Source: Acidimicrobiia bacterium (lineage in GTDB: Bacteria; Actinomycetota; Acidimicrobiia; Spongiisociales; ZC4RG35). From it: DNA of 64,000 nt. The position numbers and the translations under genes are program-made. The stretch spans positions 5,745 to 69,744 of the forward strand of contig DATKCE010000021.1 in the NCBI GenBank assembly GCA_035513335.1, read 5' to 3'. Of the stretch, positions 56,225-64,000 are shown piece after piece. Each line of letters begins with the position of its first letter. Position 1 is the first letter of the stretch. The notes under the pieces are model-generated. The model did not search any database and was not told the origin of the DNA. It worked only from the letters and a program-made list of their open reading frames with translations.

Positions 56225-57025
56225 GTGGCCCACCCCTATCTCGAGCTCGTCGACAGAATCGATCGCGCCCTGACCGCCGCTGAGAACGTCTTCGCCACCC
56301 TGAACGGGCGGAAAGTCACTGAAATGAGAAAGACAGGGGGCGACCCCCTGACTCATGTAGATCTGGCGCTTGACGAGGTATTGCGCGACTCGCTTCAGGT
56401 CGAGGGCGACGGGTGGCTGTCCGAGGAGACCGCCGACGATCTGTCACGACTCGATACAGAGCTGGTCTGGATCGTCGATCCGCTCGATGGCACTCGTGAG
56501 TTCATCGACGGGCTCCCGGAGTTCTGCACCAGCGTCGCCGCGGTCGTCGACGGAATGCCGGTGGCAGGTGGCGTCGTCAACCCGGCGGCGGATCTCCGTG
56601 TCGTAGGGGCCATAGGTTTGGGTGTGTCCTGCAATGGCGAATCGGCAAGCCCTCGCCCGAGCGGGCCTCTGGCGCATATGACCGTTCTGGCCAGCAGGTC
56701 CGAGGTGGGCCGGGGCCAATGGGAGGCTGTGGAATCCGCCGGTATCGTCGTCCAGCCGATGGGGTCGGTGGCCTACAAGATGGCCCGGGTCGCAGCCGGG
56801 CTCGATCACGCCACCTGGACACCGGTGCCCAAGCACGAATGGGACGTGGCCGGTGGGGCTGCGCTAATGGCTGCGGCGGGAGGCTCTGTCATCGGAGTCG
56901 ACGGCGAGCTTCTCCTGTTCAATCAACCCCGCCCTTGGTTCAGCGGAGTCATCGCGGTACCTCCTGGGTTCGAGATCCACCTCGAAGCCGTGAAGACGCT
57001 CATCCATCAGCAACGAGCCGGCTAA
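56225..57025 (+). CDS. inositol monophosphatase / CysQ-type phosphatase family protein
   Basis: WIVDPLDGTREF and WDVAGG motifs. GTG 56225 was chosen just after the PBP stop. The upstream part of track ORF 56072.. overlaps the PBP. Confidence 0.8.
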   Translation: MAHPYLELVDRIDRALTAAENVFATLNGRKVTEMRKTGGDPLTHVDLALDEVLRDSLQVEGDGWLSEETADDLSRLDTELVWIVDPLDGTREFIDGLPEFCTSVAAVVDGMPVAGGVVNPAADLRVVGAIGLGVSCNGESASPRPSGPLAHMTVLASRSEVGRGQWEAVESAGIVVQPMGSVAYKMARVAAGLDHATWTPVPKHEWDVAGGAALMAAAGGSVIGVDGELLLFNQPRPWFSGVIAVPPGFEIHLEAVKTLIHQQRAG

Positions 57026-57055
57026 GGAAACCTTTCGCGCCCTCATTGGCGAGGA

Positions 57056-57084
57056 TTGACGGTAGATAACGATACTTGTAGTTG
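57056..57084 (+). promoter_or_regulatory. candidate promoter (-35 TTGACG, 17-nt spacer, -10 TAGTTG) giving a near-leaderless transcript
   Basis: An AT-rich patch in a GC-rich genome. The -10 ends 8 nt before ATG 57093. Confidence 0.3.
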
Positions 57085-57092
57085 TTCTCTGT

Positions 57093-57509
57093 ATGAGAGC
57101 CGGAGCACCCGCAAGTGGCCAGAATCGTCCTCCGATGAGAAGCGCCGTGGGGCATGTGGGTGCTCCGGTTCGACCCACCGCCCGGGTCCGCCCCACCGTC
57201 CCGGTGCGGTTGATCCCTTCCGACGACGGCCTCGAGCCGTCCGATCCCTACGTGCGCAGGTTCTGGGTGGCCGCGCTCGGGCCCGGCGCGGTCGCGGAGT
57301 TGCTCCGTCTGGTGAGCGCCGGCCGGAAGGGGGAGGAGGTGCGGCTGCCCAGACATCTCCCGCAACTGCTTCGGACCGGTCTGGTCACTGTCGTCGACGG
57401 CTCGTTGGCGGTTCGAGAGCGAATACCACCCGTCCCCACCGAGATGCGCTGGCGGTTCCCTCCCGATGTGGCGGCTCAGCATGCCAAGTGGTTGAGCAAG
57501 ATGAGGTGA
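57093..57509 (+). CDS. hypothetical protein (138 aa)
   Basis: Track ORF. The central part DPYVRRFWVAALGPGAVAELLRL looks like genuine protein. No family recognised. The start is uncertain. Confidence 0.5.
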   Translation: MRAGAPASGQNRPPMRSAVGHVGAPVRPTARVRPTVPVRLIPSDDGLEPSDPYVRRFWVAALGPGAVAELLRLVSAGRKGEEVRLPRHLPQLLRTGLVTVVDGSLAVRERIPPVPTEMRWRFPPDVAAQHAKWLSKMR

Positions 57510-57547
57510 AGCATCATGGCATCACTTTTCTTGATGCTATGATGCTT
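57509..57547. promoter_or_regulatory. 39-bp imperfect palindrome, candidate vapBC operator
   Basis: AAGCATCATGGCATCA ...TGATGCTATGATGCTT: 16-nt arms with one mismatch, ending 4 nt before GTG 57551. Confidence 0.45.
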
Positions 57548-57550
57548 TGC

Positions 57551-57796
57551 GTGAGAACCACCGTCACTCTCGACCCGGATACCGAACAGATCATCCGCAG
57601 GCGAATGCGGGAGCGCGGCATGACCTTCAAGGAAGCGCTCAATGACGCCATCCGCGGCGCCACATCCGACCCGACTCCGTTCCGTACCGCGACTGCATCG
57701 ATGGGCGAACCGACCGTGAACCTAGATCGTGCTCTCCAGGTGGTCGCCGACCTGGAGGACGACGAACTGGTCCGGAAGATGAGATCAGGGTCTTGA
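57551..57796 (+). CDS. vapB: type II antitoxin (VapB-like, ribbon-helix-helix type)
   Basis: (M)RTTVTLDPDTEQIIRRRMRERGMTFKEALNDAIR. The stop overlaps the toxin start (TTGA). ATG 57539 or 57542 are alternative starts. Confidence 0.7.
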   Translation: MRTTVTLDPDTEQIIRRRMRERGMTFKEALNDAIRGATSDPTPFRTATASMGEPTVNLDRALQVVADLEDDELVRKMRSGS

Positions 57797-58218
57797 ACCT
57801 GGTCGACGCCAACGTCCTGCTCTACGCGGTCAACACCGACAGCCGACATCACAAGCCGTCGCGGCGCTGGCTGGACGCTGCCCTGTCCGGCGAGTCCACC
57901 GTCGGCTTCGCCTGGATGGCCCTACTCGCCTTCGTCCGTCTCGCGACCAAACAAGGACTGTTCCCCAATCCGCTCGACCCGGATGAGGCGCTCGACCAGG
58001 TGGAGGCGTGGCTGGGAGCAGCGGCGGCGGTCGTGCTTGAACCGACCGCGGACCATCCTCGAATCGTCCGCCGACTACTCGGCGAGACCGGGACGGGGGG
58101 CAATCTCGTCAACGACATCCACCTGGCCGCACTGGCTCTCGAGCATCGCTGCGTCATCGTCTCCTACGACAACGACTTCGACCGCTTCGACGGGGTCCGG
58201 AGAAAACGGCCGGCCTAA
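57793..58218 (+). CDS. vapC: PIN-domain ribonuclease toxin VapC
   Basis: 141 aa with LVDANVLLYA at the N-terminus and acidic residues spaced as in PIN (..D..., ..E..., NDIHLAALA, SYDNDF). Confidence 0.88.
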   Translation: MNLVDANVLLYAVNTDSRHHKPSRRWLDAALSGESTVGFAWMALLAFVRLATKQGLFPNPLDPDEALDQVEAWLGAAAAVVLEPTADHPRIVRRLLGETGTGGNLVNDIHLAALALEHRCVIVSYDNDFDRFDGVRRKRPA

Positions 58219-58219
58219 T

Positions 58220-58278
58220 CCCCCGCTTTCGCGCATGATGTGCGCTGAGAACCCGCCATTTCAACGCGTGAAAACGGG
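58220..58278. terminator. family-2 palindromic element, copy 3 (degenerate)
   Basis: Arms CCCGCTTTCGCGC / GCGTGAAAACGGG (about 11/13) and the shared interior CGCCATTT. Lies between the convergent vapC and flippase genes. Confidence 0.5.
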
Positions 58279-58289
58279 TTCGGAGCCGG

Positions 58290-59510
58290 TCAGCGGCGGA
58301 TGGCGAGGACCGCCATCAGGACCAGGGCGGCGATCTCCCCGGCGGCGAAGGCGATCGCCACCCGGGTGTCAACCTCCCCGGGCACGAGCATGAGGACGAC
58401 CAGCCCGACTACCAGGCCACCGAGCCATGCCCAGGAGAGCCTGGTCGTCCTCCCCTCGGCCACCAGCACCTGGCTGGCGATCTGAGCGGCGGCGGCGGCC
58501 ATCACCCCACCGGCGGCGAGCATTGCCACCACGTCGCTCGGTGAGTACTGGGCTCCGTAGAGCAGACCCACCACCTCGGGGCCGACGAACCAGCCGATCA
58601 GGGCACCGGCGAGCGCGAGAGCCGTCCCCACTAACACCACTCCCCTTGCGATCTTGCCCAACTGGGCCCGGTTGGCGTCGCGTGCCAGCCCGACCAGATA
58701 GGGCAGGATCCGACCCTGGAGGGCGAAGATCAGGGTGAGTGGTGCCCGGTAGAGGGTGAAGGTGACGAAGACGATCGACACCAGGGCCGGGGACCCGCCG
58801 AGCATCGCCACCGCGATCGGCGCCCCTCCCAGGAGGAGTTGAGAAGAGGAGCTCCCTCCCACGTACCCGGCGAGGAACCGCCCGGCAGGGGCGGCCCGAG
58901 CCTCGGCCCGTCCCGTGTCGTGACGCCACCAGCCCATGGCCAACACGGCAAACCCTCCGATGACCATGCCCCACCCCAGCGACGAGGCGTCGAAGACCAT
59001 CTGCAGCAACACCACACCGGCCACCAGCCGGGCGACGGTCTCGACGATGAGCAACCAACCGACCCCGGCGAACCGACGCGACCCGGCGAGCACCCCCTTT
59101 GCCACGAACAGCAGCGAGTAGCCAACCATGAGGAGCACGAACTGGAGGATGTAGACCCGGTCGCCGAAGAAGAGGTCCTCGAGGGTGACCGCCACGAACA
59201 CCCCGCCTACCAGGGCGCCGACGCCGGCCATGACGAACGCCGGCTCGAGGTCGGTCGGCAACGCCTTGCGCCCGCTGGCCACCTCCCGGGTCACGTACTG
59301 CTCGACCGGGACCAGGAGGATGGTGGCGAGGATGAAGAAGGCGGTCCACAGCACGCTGACGGGGGCGAAAGCGTCGGGATCGAGGTTGCGGGTGCCGTAG
59401 ACCTGGAAGACGTAGGCACCGACGGCGCCGATCAGCCCTCCGGCGACCATGAACGTGGTACCCGGCGCCCTGAAACCCCGCCGTTCGGGGGCTATCAGCG
59501 GTTCGGTCAC
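58290..59510 (-). CDS. polysaccharide biosynthesis (Wzx/MOP-type flippase-like) membrane protein
   Basis: 406 aa from GTG 59510, which overlaps the upstream stop (GTGA). About 12 TM segments. The upstream part of track ORF ..60125 is out of context. Confidence 0.75.
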   Translation of the reverse strand: MTEPLIAPERRGFRAPGTTFMVAGGLIGAVGAYVFQVYGTRNLDPDAFAPVSVLWTAFFILATILLVPVEQYVTREVASGRKALPTDLEPAFVMAGVGALVGGVFVAVTLEDLFFGDRVYILQFVLLMVGYSLLFVAKGVLAGSRRFAGVGWLLIVETVARLVAGVVLLQMVFDASSLGWGMVIGGFAVLAMGWWRHDTGRAEARAAPAGRFLAGYVGGSSSSQLLLGGAPIAVAMLGGSPALVSIVFVTFTLYRAPLTLIFALQGRILPYLVGLARDANRAQLGKIARGVVLVGTALALAGALIGWFVGPEVVGLLYGAQYSPSDVVAMLAAGGVMAAAAAQIASQVLVAEGRTTRLSWAWLGGLVVGLVVLMLVPGEVDTRVAIAFAAGEIAALVLMAVLAIRR

Positions 59511-60787
59511 CGTGCCCCGGCGCCGGTGAGGACCGTCCAGATGCTCTTCCAGAAGATGCGCAGGTCCATCACCGGGGACATATGCTTGATGTAGTAGAGG
59601 TCGTAGGTGAGCTTCTCGATGGTTTCGGCCTCGTCGTCGGCGTAGCCGTAGTTGACCTGGGCCCAACCGGTGATGCCGGGGCGGACCATGTGGCGGTGGT
59701 CGTAGAAGGGGATCTGCTGGCGGAACTCGGAGACGAACGGGACTTGCTCGGCACGTGGCCCGACCAGGCTCATGTCCCCCTTGAGGACGTTCCAGAGTTG
59801 GGGGATCTCGTCGAGCCGGGCCCGTCGGAGGAAGGCTCCCCCCCGGATCAGCCGCGGGTCGCGCCTGGTGGCGAACTGCGCCCCGTTGCTCTCGGAGTCG
59901 AGATGCATGGTGCGGAACTTGTACATGGTGAAGACACGCCCACCGAGCCCGACCCGCTCCTGTTTGAAGATCGAAAAGCCGGGATCTGAGATCTTGACGT
60001 AGGCGGACACCAGGACACCGAGCGGGATCCACAGCGGAGCGGTGAGCAGCGTCGCCAGGGTGTCGAAGATCCGCTTCCCGGGTAGCCATTGGGCCACCTC
60101 GAGGAGCGGCGCGGAGATCTCCCACCCTTCGGAGAGATGGACCAGGGGGACGCGGCCGGTGTGCTCCTCGTAGATCGAAGAGAACGGCCGGATCGTGTAT
60201 CCCGCCACGTCGGCCGAGGACAGATACTGGGCCATCGACTCGGAGAGGACGGCCCGCAGATCGACGGCGAGGGTCACTTCTCGCGCCGGCAGCTCACCTG
60301 GGCTCTCCCTGTCGGGCTCCAACACCCAGAGCACATCGGCGTGGTCGGCGGCGTGGAGGTCGTCGGCGAGTTGTTTCTCCAGGGTGATGACGCCGAACTT
60401 CTCGGTCCAGGGCCGTTGTCTCCGCACGATGCGATGGGCTGTGGCGGGGATGAGCCAGAACGCTGCCGTGAGCGGCATGAACGACAGGGAGTAGTTCGAC
60501 CGGGTCACCAACAGGAGGCTCGCGGTCAACAGCAGCGTGCCGAGCAGGATCGCCACCATCCTGCCGTAGGTGGGCCGGGGCACACCTGGCCCCGACATCT
60601 GGTTGGTGACGAACGACAGCACCACCATCGACACGACCAGAAACGCCAGCATCCGGGGGTCGGCTCCCGGGGTCGTCGCCTCCCAGGGCAGCAGGGTGTC
60701 GAACACCAGATATGACGCCGCCATCATCGCCAGGGCGAGGGCGATGAGATCCGACATCGCCACCGAGATCAGGAAGCGGCTGCGCAC
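59507..60787 (-). CDS. polyprenyl-phosphate sugar-phosphate transferase (bacterial sugar transferase family)
   Basis: 426 aa. N-terminal TM segments and a C-terminal catalytic domain with MSLVGPRAE and RPGITGWAQVN. Confidence 0.9.
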   Translation of the reverse strand: MRSRFLISVAMSDLIALALAMMAASYLVFDTLLPWEATTPGADPRMLAFLVVSMVVLSFVTNQMSGPGVPRPTYGRMVAILLGTLLLTASLLLVTRSNYSLSFMPLTAAFWLIPATAHRIVRRQRPWTEKFGVITLEKQLADDLHAADHADVLWVLEPDRESPGELPAREVTLAVDLRAVLSESMAQYLSSADVAGYTIRPFSSIYEEHTGRVPLVHLSEGWEISAPLLEVAQWLPGKRIFDTLATLLTAPLWIPLGVLVSAYVKISDPGFSIFKQERVGLGGRVFTMYKFRTMHLDSESNGAQFATRRDPRLIRGGAFLRRARLDEIPQLWNVLKGDMSLVGPRAEQVPFVSEFRQQIPFYDHRHMVRPGITGWAQVNYGYADDEAETIEKLTYDLYYIKHMSPVMDLRIFWKSIWTVLTGAGAR

Positions 60788-60818
60788 GATCCCGCAAGCC
60801 TAGGTATATCGAAGCCTG

Positions 60819-62246
60819 TCAGTCGGTTTCAGCCAACGTTCGGGCCAGCTCGATAAGGGTCCGCACCCCGACTCCGGAGGCACCCTTGACGAACTCCCCA
60901 CTGGTCTCCTCCCGCCGCGCCGGGCCGGCGATGTCGAGGTGGGCCCAAGGCCCCTCTCCTGAGTATTCGGCGAGGAAGAGAGCGGCGACGATCGCCCCGC
61001 CGTAGCGACTCCCGGAGATATTTTTGATGTCGGCGATGTTGGAGTCGATCGACTTGCGGTAACCCCTGTGGAGGGGAAGCTCCCAGAACTCCTCCCCCGC
61101 TTTCGCCGCCGCGTCGAGCACCCGAGCCGACACCCCCGGGTCGGAGCCGAAGACCGCTGCGACCTGCTTCCCGAGCGCCACGGCGGCTGCGCCGGTCAGG
61201 GTGGCCACGTCGACGGTGAGGTCGGGCTCGTACCGTTTCGCCAACCCCAGACCATCGGCAAGGATGAGACGCCCTTCAGCGTCGGTGTTGAGCACTTCGA
61301 TGGTGGGACCGTCCACCGGGCGGAGCACGTCCCCGGGTCGGGTGGCGTCTCCACCCACCGCGTTGTCGGTGAGCGGTGTTATTGCGGTCACGTTCACGGG
61401 GATGACGAGACGGGCGATGCCGATGGTGGCCGCGGCCACGGCGGCGGCGCCCGACATGTCGTCTTTCATCTCCTCCATGAAGTTGGCTGTCTTCAGCGAG
61501 AGACCCCCGGTGTCGAAGGTGATGCCCTTCCCGACCAGGGCGACGTGCTGTGTGGCTCCGTCGGGTCGGTATTGGAGGATGACCACCCGTGGGTCACGAT
61601 CCGAGCCGGCGGCTACCCCGAGGAGCGCCCCCAGCTTCTCCTCTTCGATCCGAGACCGGTCCCAGATCTCAACCGTGACGCCAGTGCCCTCAGCGGCGGC
61701 CCCGATCAGACCGGCCAGGGTCTCGGGAGCGGTGTCCTTGGCGGGAGTGTTGACCCAGTCCCGGGCGAGGATCGTGGCCTCACAGGCGACGATCGCGGCT
61801 GCCAGCTCCGCCTCGTCGGCACCGACCACCTCGACGGTTTCGGCGTCGAGAGCGTCGTCATCGGTCTTGTAGGTGCGGAACTGGTATCCACCGAGCAGGG
61901 TCCCTTCGACCACGGCTCGGGTCGCCTCTTCGATGTCGACTGCGGCGAGAAGGGTGACGGCTCGCTCGGTCTTGATGTTGCGGATGGCGTTCCCGGAGGC
62001 GGCCCGCAGCGAGTCGAACGACGTCTCGTCGCCGAGCCCGACGACGAGGACTGCCTTGGCGGAGGTGTGAGGGAGAGTGACGGTCTGTCCCGGCTTGCCT
62101 TCGAAGCCGGCGGCTTCGAGGGCAGAACGCTCGATGGCCTCGAACTCCTCCTCCGAGCCGGTGACCGGCTCGAGACCCTCCATGACTCCGATGATCAGCG
62201 TCGCCCCATCGAGATCGGCCGGCGCCGCGGTTGCACTGAGTTCCAA
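60819..62246 (-). CDS. pepA: leucyl aminopeptidase (M17)
   Basis: Motifs VGKGITFDTGG and NTDAEGRL. TTG 62246 is preceded by AGGAGG. The upstream part of track ORF ..62324 overlaps the neighbouring gene. Confidence 0.9.
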   Translation of the reverse strand: MELSATAAPADLDGATLIIGVMEGLEPVTGSEEEFEAIERSALEAAGFEGKPGQTVTLPHTSAKAVLVVGLGDETSFDSLRAASGNAIRNIKTERAVTLLAAVDIEEATRAVVEGTLLGGYQFRTYKTDDDALDAETVEVVGADEAELAAAIVACEATILARDWVNTPAKDTAPETLAGLIGAAAEGTGVTVEIWDRSRIEEEKLGALLGVAAGSDRDPRVVILQYRPDGATQHVALVGKGITFDTGGLSLKTANFMEEMKDDMSGAAAVAAATIGIARLVIPVNVTAITPLTDNAVGGDATRPGDVLRPVDGPTIEVLNTDAEGRLILADGLGLAKRYEPDLTVDVATLTGAAAVALGKQVAAVFGSDPGVSARVLDAAAKAGEEFWELPLHRGYRKSIDSNIADIKNISGSRYGGAIVAALFLAEYSGEGPWAHLDIAGPARREETSGEFVKGASGVGVRTLIELARTLAETD

Positions 62247-62265
62247 TGTCCCTCCTAGTGGTCTG

Positions 62266-63063
62266 TTACAGCCCGAAAGGTCCGAGGCCGGCGACGAGTG
62301 CGCGGCCGACGAAGACGGCGCCAAGGGTGGTCAACAATGCCAGATAGGACAAACCGGTCGCCGCCATCACCCCGCTGTAGGCGGGATATCTGAGAGTCGC
62401 CACCACGGCCCCCATGAGGACCACGGAGGTGACCAGCAGTATCCAGAAGGCGAGGGCACCACCTGCAAACCCGACGTCGAGGCCGACCAGAAGACCTGAC
62501 TCGGCGATGAGCCCTGCGATACCGACGAACACCAGGTTCCGCAGCGCCGACCGGGGCAGACGGGGGTCGACGAGATACCAGTGGCCCAGCATCATCTCCC
62601 CTGTGACGCCTCCGAGGGCCAGGGTTCCGGTCACCGCCGGGATCCATCCGGCGAACAACGCCGCCTCAACGAGGTATCCGGCACCGGCAACGGCCAGTGC
62701 CAGCCCGGCCACCGGACGATTGCGAGCTGAGATCGCGCCGACGACCACCCCGAGCAGTCCGAGCCGCGCCCACCAGGCGCCACCGGCTAAGACCCCGGGG
62801 ATCCCCACCAGGCCGGCCACCCCGGCGGTGAGCCAGGTGAAGCCGGGCCCGACGATGCGCGCCAGCGAGATCGCTCCTGCCACCAACGCCAGCCCGGCCG
62901 CCCATACCAGGAGGATCGCCCTCGGATCGGCGATTGACGTCAGGTCGGCAGGCACCGCGGGGCATGATATGGCCCATTGCCGCCGACCTTGGTTGCGGGC
63001 CCCGCGCATGCGTCGTCCCAGCGCCACCAGAAGCGGGACGCGGTACACCCGCTCACGGGCCAA
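62266..63063 (-). CDS. hypothetical polytopic membrane protein
   Basis: Six to eight hydrophobic, Gly/Ala-rich helices. No family recognised. The start may be the internal ATG 63009. Confidence 0.5.
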   Translation of the reverse strand: MARERVYRVPLLVALGRRMRGARNQGRRQWAISCPAVPADLTSIADPRAILLVWAAGLALVAGAISLARIVGPGFTWLTAGVAGLVGIPGVLAGGAWWARLGLLGVVVGAISARNRPVAGLALAVAGAGYLVEAALFAGWIPAVTGTLALGGVTGEMMLGHWYLVDPRLPRSALRNLVFVGIAGLIAESGLLVGLDVGFAGGALAFWILLVTSVVLMGAVVATLRYPAYSGVMAATGLSYLALLTTLGAVFVGRALVAGLGPFGL

Positions 63064-64000
63064 ACCGGTAGATCTCGGCTGACGTTCCTCCTGCGCGAAC
63101 CACGATCGGCCCGTCGACTGTCAGAGCGATGAGCTCAGAGAGGTCATCGCCCTTGGGCTGGTTCTTCCCATCCTCTACCACCAGCAAGTATCGAAGCTCC
63201 CCGCTGACGCGACTCAAGGCCTCCGCGGGGTCGAGCTGGGGTCGGAAGAATTGTGTGCTGCACGACGAGAAATAGGTGATCTGCGGAAAATAGGAAGTCA
63301 TCACCCCACAGGGTTCTGTCCCGCTCATCTCACGCACTTCGTCCGCGACTGCCTCGATGATTTCGGTGCCTCTCGCTCGGTTTTCCACGGCCCCGCGCAC
63401 GTAGGCGGTTGCCATGGCGAGAGAGCCTGTCAGGAGAACAGCCAATGCCAGACTCAAGGCGTGGGCCGTCCGCGGCGACCATCGGTCTCTGACGGAGAAG
63501 AAACCGGCAACCCCTCCGATCAGGGTCAGGGCGAGAGGGAAGAAAATGAACCTCGCCTCCCCATGTGACAAGACCCCCAGAATTATCACCTGACCGGCTG
63601 CCGGGATCATGAGGAAGAGACATCTCACCCGTTCCGTTCGGTTGTCCCATCCGACGATGAGCCACCAGATGAAAAACACCGCTGCCACCGGACCAACGAA
63701 TGCAGCCAGTGGCCACGCCATGAGGAGGAAGTAGTCCACCAGCCCTTCGCCGTAGAACTCTCGGCCGGCGACGTCGGCCGTGAAGAGGATGATGCCTAAG
63801 GGGGACCCTTCCTCGGATGTGGCAAATAGGAAATGTGGAACGAGACCCAGAAACCCCAAGGTTGTAGCCGCGGTGATGGGCCTCCAACTCGCCTTCGCCT
63901 TTTCCCAGAACAGCAGCGCGATCATCAAGGCGATGAGTCCGAAGCTGAGTACAGACTGGTAGCGGATGTAGAAGGCCGCCCAGGCGAAGGGGAGCACCCA
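63053..64000 (-). CDS. membrane protein, GT39/ArnT-like glycosyltransferase C-terminal part (5' end outside window)
   Basis: The open frame runs to the window edge. Multiple TM helices are followed by a soluble tail of about 90 aa. The family call is tentative. Confidence 0.55.
   Translation of the reverse strand, partial: WVLPFAWAAFYIRYQSVLSFGLIALMIALLFWEKAKASWRPITAATTLGFLGLVPHFLFATSEEGSPLGIILFTADVAGREFYGEGLVDYFLLMAWPLAAFVGPVAAVFFIWWLIVGWDNRTERVRCLFLMIPAAGQVIILGVLSHGEARFIFFPLALTLIGGVAGFFSVRDRWSPRTAHALSLALAVLLTGSLAMATAYVRGAVENRARGTEIIEAVADEVREMSGTEPCGVMTSYFPQITYFSSCSTQFFRPQLDPAEALSRVSGELRYLLVVEDGKNQPKGDDLSELIALTVDGPIVVRAGGTSAEIYRFGP

Overview
High-GC, densely coding chromosomal segment. Gene content and synteny look actinobacterial (fused Kgd-type 2-oxoglutarate dehydrogenase, DUF3499, cofD/cofE for F420, an LCP protein); a finer placement cannot be made from the sequence alone. 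I support about 60 protein genes, mostly on the minus strand. Housekeeping genes: ndh, rdgB, rph, pdxH, kgd, smpB plus tmRNA, ftsE/ftsX, prfB, secA, ahcY, manB, cofD/cofE, ugd, birA, acyl-CoA carboxylase alpha/beta, a methylmalonyl-CoA mutase catalytic subunit, a class A PBP and pepA. Two glycan/cell-envelope loci lie at about 28.8-44.3 kb and 58.3-64 kb. The only RNA gene I can support is tmRNA (19696-20043, minus strand). I recognised no rRNA, tRNA, CRISPR array, transposase or integrase. Several things are not explained by ordinary gene calls. (1) A roughly 5 kb lower-GC gene islet sits against the 3' end of ssrA and is bracketed by two nested pairs of direct repeats. Its cargo is P-loop NTPases, a GNAT, a histidine phosphatase, a methyltransferase-CYTH fusion and a HIT hydrolase; two of these genes look frameshifted. 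(2) An 84-bp leader-plus-first-five-codons block is duplicated (80/84 identical) in front of two different envelope-glycan operons. (3) There are three families of structured intergenic repeats: a ~55-bp hairpin element in six copies, a palindromic GTTTTCGCGCAT...ATGCGCGAAAAC element in three copies, and the ssrA-flank modules. (4) A small acidic tandem-repeat ORF with a strong SD precedes a cupin gene that has no canonical start codon. (5) Smaller items include a vapBC pair with a palindromic operator, a decayed AbiEi/DUF559-like pseudogene and a Trm112-like ORF missing from the track. All family assignments are by eye from motifs; no database search was run.
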